From Octopus sinensis (taxonomy: Eukaryota), in assembly GCF_006345805.1 (NCBI RefSeq), contig NW_021826525.1, positions 1 to 12,558 on the forward strand: a DNA stretch of 12,558 nucleotides. Direction: 5' to 3'. Below are positions 9,284 through 12,558 of this stretch, piece by piece. The notes below the pieces were generated by a model. That model saw only the letters and a list, made by a program, of their open reading frames with translations. It was not told the DNA's origin and did no database searches. Position 1 is the stretch's first letter. Each line of letters starts with the position of its first letter. A program made the position numbers and the translations under genes.

Positions 9284-9472
9284 TTATATACACTTGTTTA
9301 TGTGTACATATATACGCACACATACTTGTACGTAAATTTGTATGAGTAACTTCCATTATACACACGCTCACATGTTTAAGTATATATCTACAGAGGGATG
9401 AAGAATGGATTTACCGAGTATATAATCATGACTCGGTAACTGCCGAAGTGCGTGTGTGTGTGTGTGTGCGTG
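8630..9472. repeat. Large compound (TA)n/(TG)n/(CA)n microsatellite field
   Basis: Long TA runs 8877-8915, 8963-9027 and 9067-9150; TG runs 9253-9281 and 9449-9471; CA run 8763-8785. Confidence 0.95.
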
Positions 9473-9772
9473 CAAAAGAAGGGGAGGAAAATGGAGAGTT
9501 AGGTTGACCTACCTTCTCCCTCCTCCCTCACTGATCTGACATAACAATTTTCCCATTTCCAGCTAATCTAACGTTTATTCTTCCCCTGCCTTTCTTTCTC
9601 TTACCAATTCCATATTTTACCTTTCTTTATTTCCTCTCCGTTCTTCAACAACTTAGAATCACTCACGATTTATTTTTTCTACCAATTTGTTCTCCTTTCT
9701 GCCGATTTTTTTTTTATCTAGGCTGGTTATATGTGGATTAAAGTTCGTTTTCATCTATAATGCGTCTCGACA

Positions 9773-9897
9773 TGGCTTTGTAGTCAAGGACTTCGTTTCT
9801 CATCTACATAGGATCTGGTTCGATCCTGCTCTATGCCATCTCAAGAGTCTTTTTTTTTTTTACCATAGTTTCGCTTCCATTAAAGCTTTGTAGGTTG
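9773..9897 (+). mobile_element. Old, diverged 5' part of a CORE-like tRNA SINE
   Basis: A-box-like TGGCTTTGTAGT (9773-9784) and B-box GGTTCGATCC (9817-9826) at the same spacing as copy 3977. Downstream AGTCTT..TACCATAG and AAAGCTTTGTAGG parallel AGTGTCTTCTACTA and AAAGCCTTGTGAG. Confidence 0.55.
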
Positions 9898-11536
9898 CAG
9901 GGCGCAGTAAGACACACAGAGACCCTAAGCATTTAAAATATGTTGGTGACCCCATAGATATGTAATTTAAAAGCCATAAGATATTTATTCTTCAAAATGA
10001 AACCAAACTAACAGTAAGCTGGAAAATAACGTCTATTTTTGAATACTTCTACTTTATTTGTACCTGAAGAGTTTTCTCTCTGTCTCTCTCTCTCTTTTTT
10101 TTTAATGGTGAAATCTTTGATCAGATCTTCAAAATTAGTCTTATGTAGCACATCTGCTACATAAGCAGATGTGCTACATAAGCAGATGTGTACTTCGTAC
10201 GCATAAGGCATCTCAAATATTATCTTAGCTAGTTTATAGGGATTTTCTTTTGTGCCGTAAATCATTTACCATTTCTGTGGTTCACCTCACTTCCCTTTAT
10301 ACCCTAAGCACGTGATTATTTTACTTAATGCTTAATCCAGCGCTGGAAGGAAACGGAATGGAAGTCTGACCAGGATACCAGTCTGCTCTTGTTATAAAAA
10401 AGTAGACACAACACGTTACCTTGTCTATCACCATTGACTGGTCTTAGCGTGTTTTAGTGAAGCCCATTCACACCGTTCAAACGAGGTCCTCAGGGTGATT
10501 ACAAACTCCCTCCTCTATATTCACTGGTGTCGGAGACTTTAAAATAGCTCAGGCACATTGGCCTTCTTCTTCTTAACGAACCTTTTTTAAAAAAATCAGT
10601 TGCTTGGCAGCGTTCCAAGCAACACTGCCGAGGAATTGAAACCAATATCACTGTGTTCAGACAAAGTAATTGTAAACACCCAACAGGATCTCGTCACGGA
10701 TTGATGATATCAAGAAGTAAACACATTAAAAACTTGTTTCTGGGTTGAGCGCCGAAGTTGTACACACTAATAATTTAGAACAAACCACATACTGGAGTCT
10801 CATTAACGGTTTTGTCTTTAGCGTCTTTTCTTTAACAGACCATTGAGTAAATATATAGATAGTTGACTATCTCACTAACAACTAGCATAATCGTTCGTTA
10901 AGTTTGTTGAAGTCATTTCGTCGACAATCGTGACCTCATCAAATACATGCCCTCTTTACTCCAGGTCTGGTGACGAAAGGACATTCACAAGTCTAATTGA
11001 CTGACTGATTAACCGAACAATTAATCAAGCTGTCGATTAGTTAATTGGTTGGATGATTACTAATTAACATATAACAAAATAAAGTGAAACAGAACCAATG
11101 CGTGTTTATGTTACTGGCAAAGCAACCCTCCGGAGAAACGACAAAATTTGATTTGTTGCTGGCATCCATTTATGAAAGCTTTATATTCATGCAAAGAACT
11201 TTGCATGATGGGTTGCTTTATGTGGGAAATAAACGTTGTTAGAGCTGGCGACTAACTTAGCATAGACCACCAAATTTTGCAAAATAGAGAGTTCAGCGAT
11301 CATAGATCGGTCACATAATTACCCAACCTCCGATAAGCGTTAGTCCAGCTGTGGGAAACCCAAGAAGTCTTGTTTGTTTTATTGATGAGAAGCTAGTATT
11401 TCTAGAGACAAAATGAGACAATTGGGCGCTGACGATTTGGCATGTTTGACTAGACATTCGGCCTGTTTTGGTGACAATGCGTTTTGGCGCAAGAAGCGAA
11501 CACGGGCGCACACGCAGAAAAATATACATACATATA

Positions 11537-11572
11537 GAAAGAGAGGGAGAGAGAGAGAAAGAGATAGACAGA
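11537..11572. repeat. (GA)n/(GATA)n low-complexity run
   Basis: GAAAGAGAGGGAGAGAGAGAGAAAGAGATAGACAGATA. Confidence 0.8.
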
Positions 11573-11809
11573 TACATTACACATATAAACCAAGATAGTT
11601 ACACATGCAGAAACGTAATTGGAGAAAGAGAAACATTGAAAAGTCTGATGTCAAACAAATCAGCGTTGAACCAGTTATGTCTAACAATCGGCGCCGAAGC
11701 AGTTGTGCCAAAACGTCTCAAACTCAAAATTATTTGTTAGATCGGAATGACATGGTTGCCGCTTATGAACTGGGGTTTTATCCCTCAAATAAAATCAGCT
11801 GGAGTTATT

Positions 11810-11978
11810 AGGTTGTCTCGAGTCAGCCAAGATGTAGCAGACCTACGATCATTAATGCCCCAGTTGTGTCTATCCTGTCATTTTGAATATATAGGGCCTC
11901 ACAGTTTAATGATTCCTTCATTTTGAAGGTAATAGGATGTGGTTTGAAAGGCACTAGCTGGTATGTCTATTAGGTCGA
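11810..11978 (-). mobile_element. Possible diverged SINE 3' part
   Basis: Minus strand GACCTAATAG...GATCGTAGGTCTGCT...GGCTGAC resembles an octopus interspersed-repeat 3' region as I remember it. No internal copy to confirm. Confidence 0.3.
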
Positions 11979-12237
11979 ACCACTGCGTAGAAACTTCAAC
12001 GAGTAGATCTATTTTAATCCTTTTAATGCGAAAATATGATACATCCACTCAAAACTTTATGACTGCGGAATGCAGTTTATGTATCAAGCTATCCTTTGTT
12101 GAGGAATGTCATGTTTGAAGCTATTTTTTGTGGAGATATGTCAAGTTTATTGAGGCAACGTGACTTGCAGAAAATACCAATTCTATTTTTTGATAGACAC
12201 TTAACATCATTACTGGTATAACTATGATTTTAATTTC

Positions 12238-12520
12238 GCAGGTTTAAAGTGATGGCGTGAGTCAGTAAAAATGCTGTTGGAAGCATAGCTGCAAGCAGGT
12301 CAAGACTGATTCGAGGAAAACGAGAAAACCATCAAACTTCTGCGTGGTAAATACGAGGTATTCGTTAAATGGCGACATTATACTGTATCTCAGTACCTGC
12401 AAAGACAAAGACACACAAAATGCAAGACGTATGACACAGCACGCATGATGCAGTATGCACTGAACATCGTTACTATTTCTGCAGCATGCTGATGCAAAAA
12501 CTAATGATGAGACGCAACCC
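12238..12520 (+). pseudogene. Decayed RTE-clade (RTE-1/BovB-like) LINE fragment, linker between endonuclease and RT
   Basis: FKVMA*VSKNAVG (12243-12281), QD*FEENEKTIKLL..K...F..W (12301-12372), ARMMQYA, then ADAKT and TRW. These follow the RTE pattern FK..V..VSK..LG...HQDWFDEND.EI..LL..K...F..W...A.EMQ.YA...ADG.TL...RW. The stop is at the conserved Trp. Confidence 0.55.
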
Positions 12521-12558
12521 GGTGGTTAGACCTGAAGAAATAGCAGTCAACTCTCTCT

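Noticed and set aside
9411-9439. 9-bp inverted repeat TTACCGAGT/ACTCGGTAA
   Set aside because: Isolated; stems of this size are expected occasionally by chance.
12242-12256. 15-nt frame-preserving microexon (TTTCGCAG|...|GTGAGT)
   Set aside because: Splice-like signals are good, but the same bases translate as FKVMA*VSKNAVG within the RTE relic, which is the simpler explanation; only junction reads could revive it.

Overview
AT-rich, microsatellite-dense eukaryotic non-coding DNA (intergenic or intronic). The SINE families look like those of octopus/cephalopod genomes; this is recognition from memory, not a database hit. No intact host CDS, rRNA, true tRNA or CRISPR array is supported, and nearly all listed ORFs are microsatellite or low-complexity artefacts. 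The window is a layered graveyard of transposable elements. It holds two Helitron-type termini around a (TA)n array and three young copies of a tRNA-derived CORE-like SINE (one full length with a 7-bp TSD) plus one old copy. There is a second tRNA-SINE family with a 12-bp TSD, a clear Tc3-like (IS630/Tc1/mariner) transposase pseudogene at 5670-6313, a probable Penelope-like terminal fragment, and several very decayed RTE-clade LINE fragments. The most interesting signals are RNA-structural: two minimal hammerhead-ribozyme-like motifs on the minus strand (2955-2993 and 6701-6740) and a 3' stem-loop with compensatory changes shared by two retroposon tails. There is also a perfect 19-bp inverted repeat fused to a 17-bp tandem duplication. 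I see no convincing evidence of a new multi-gene system.
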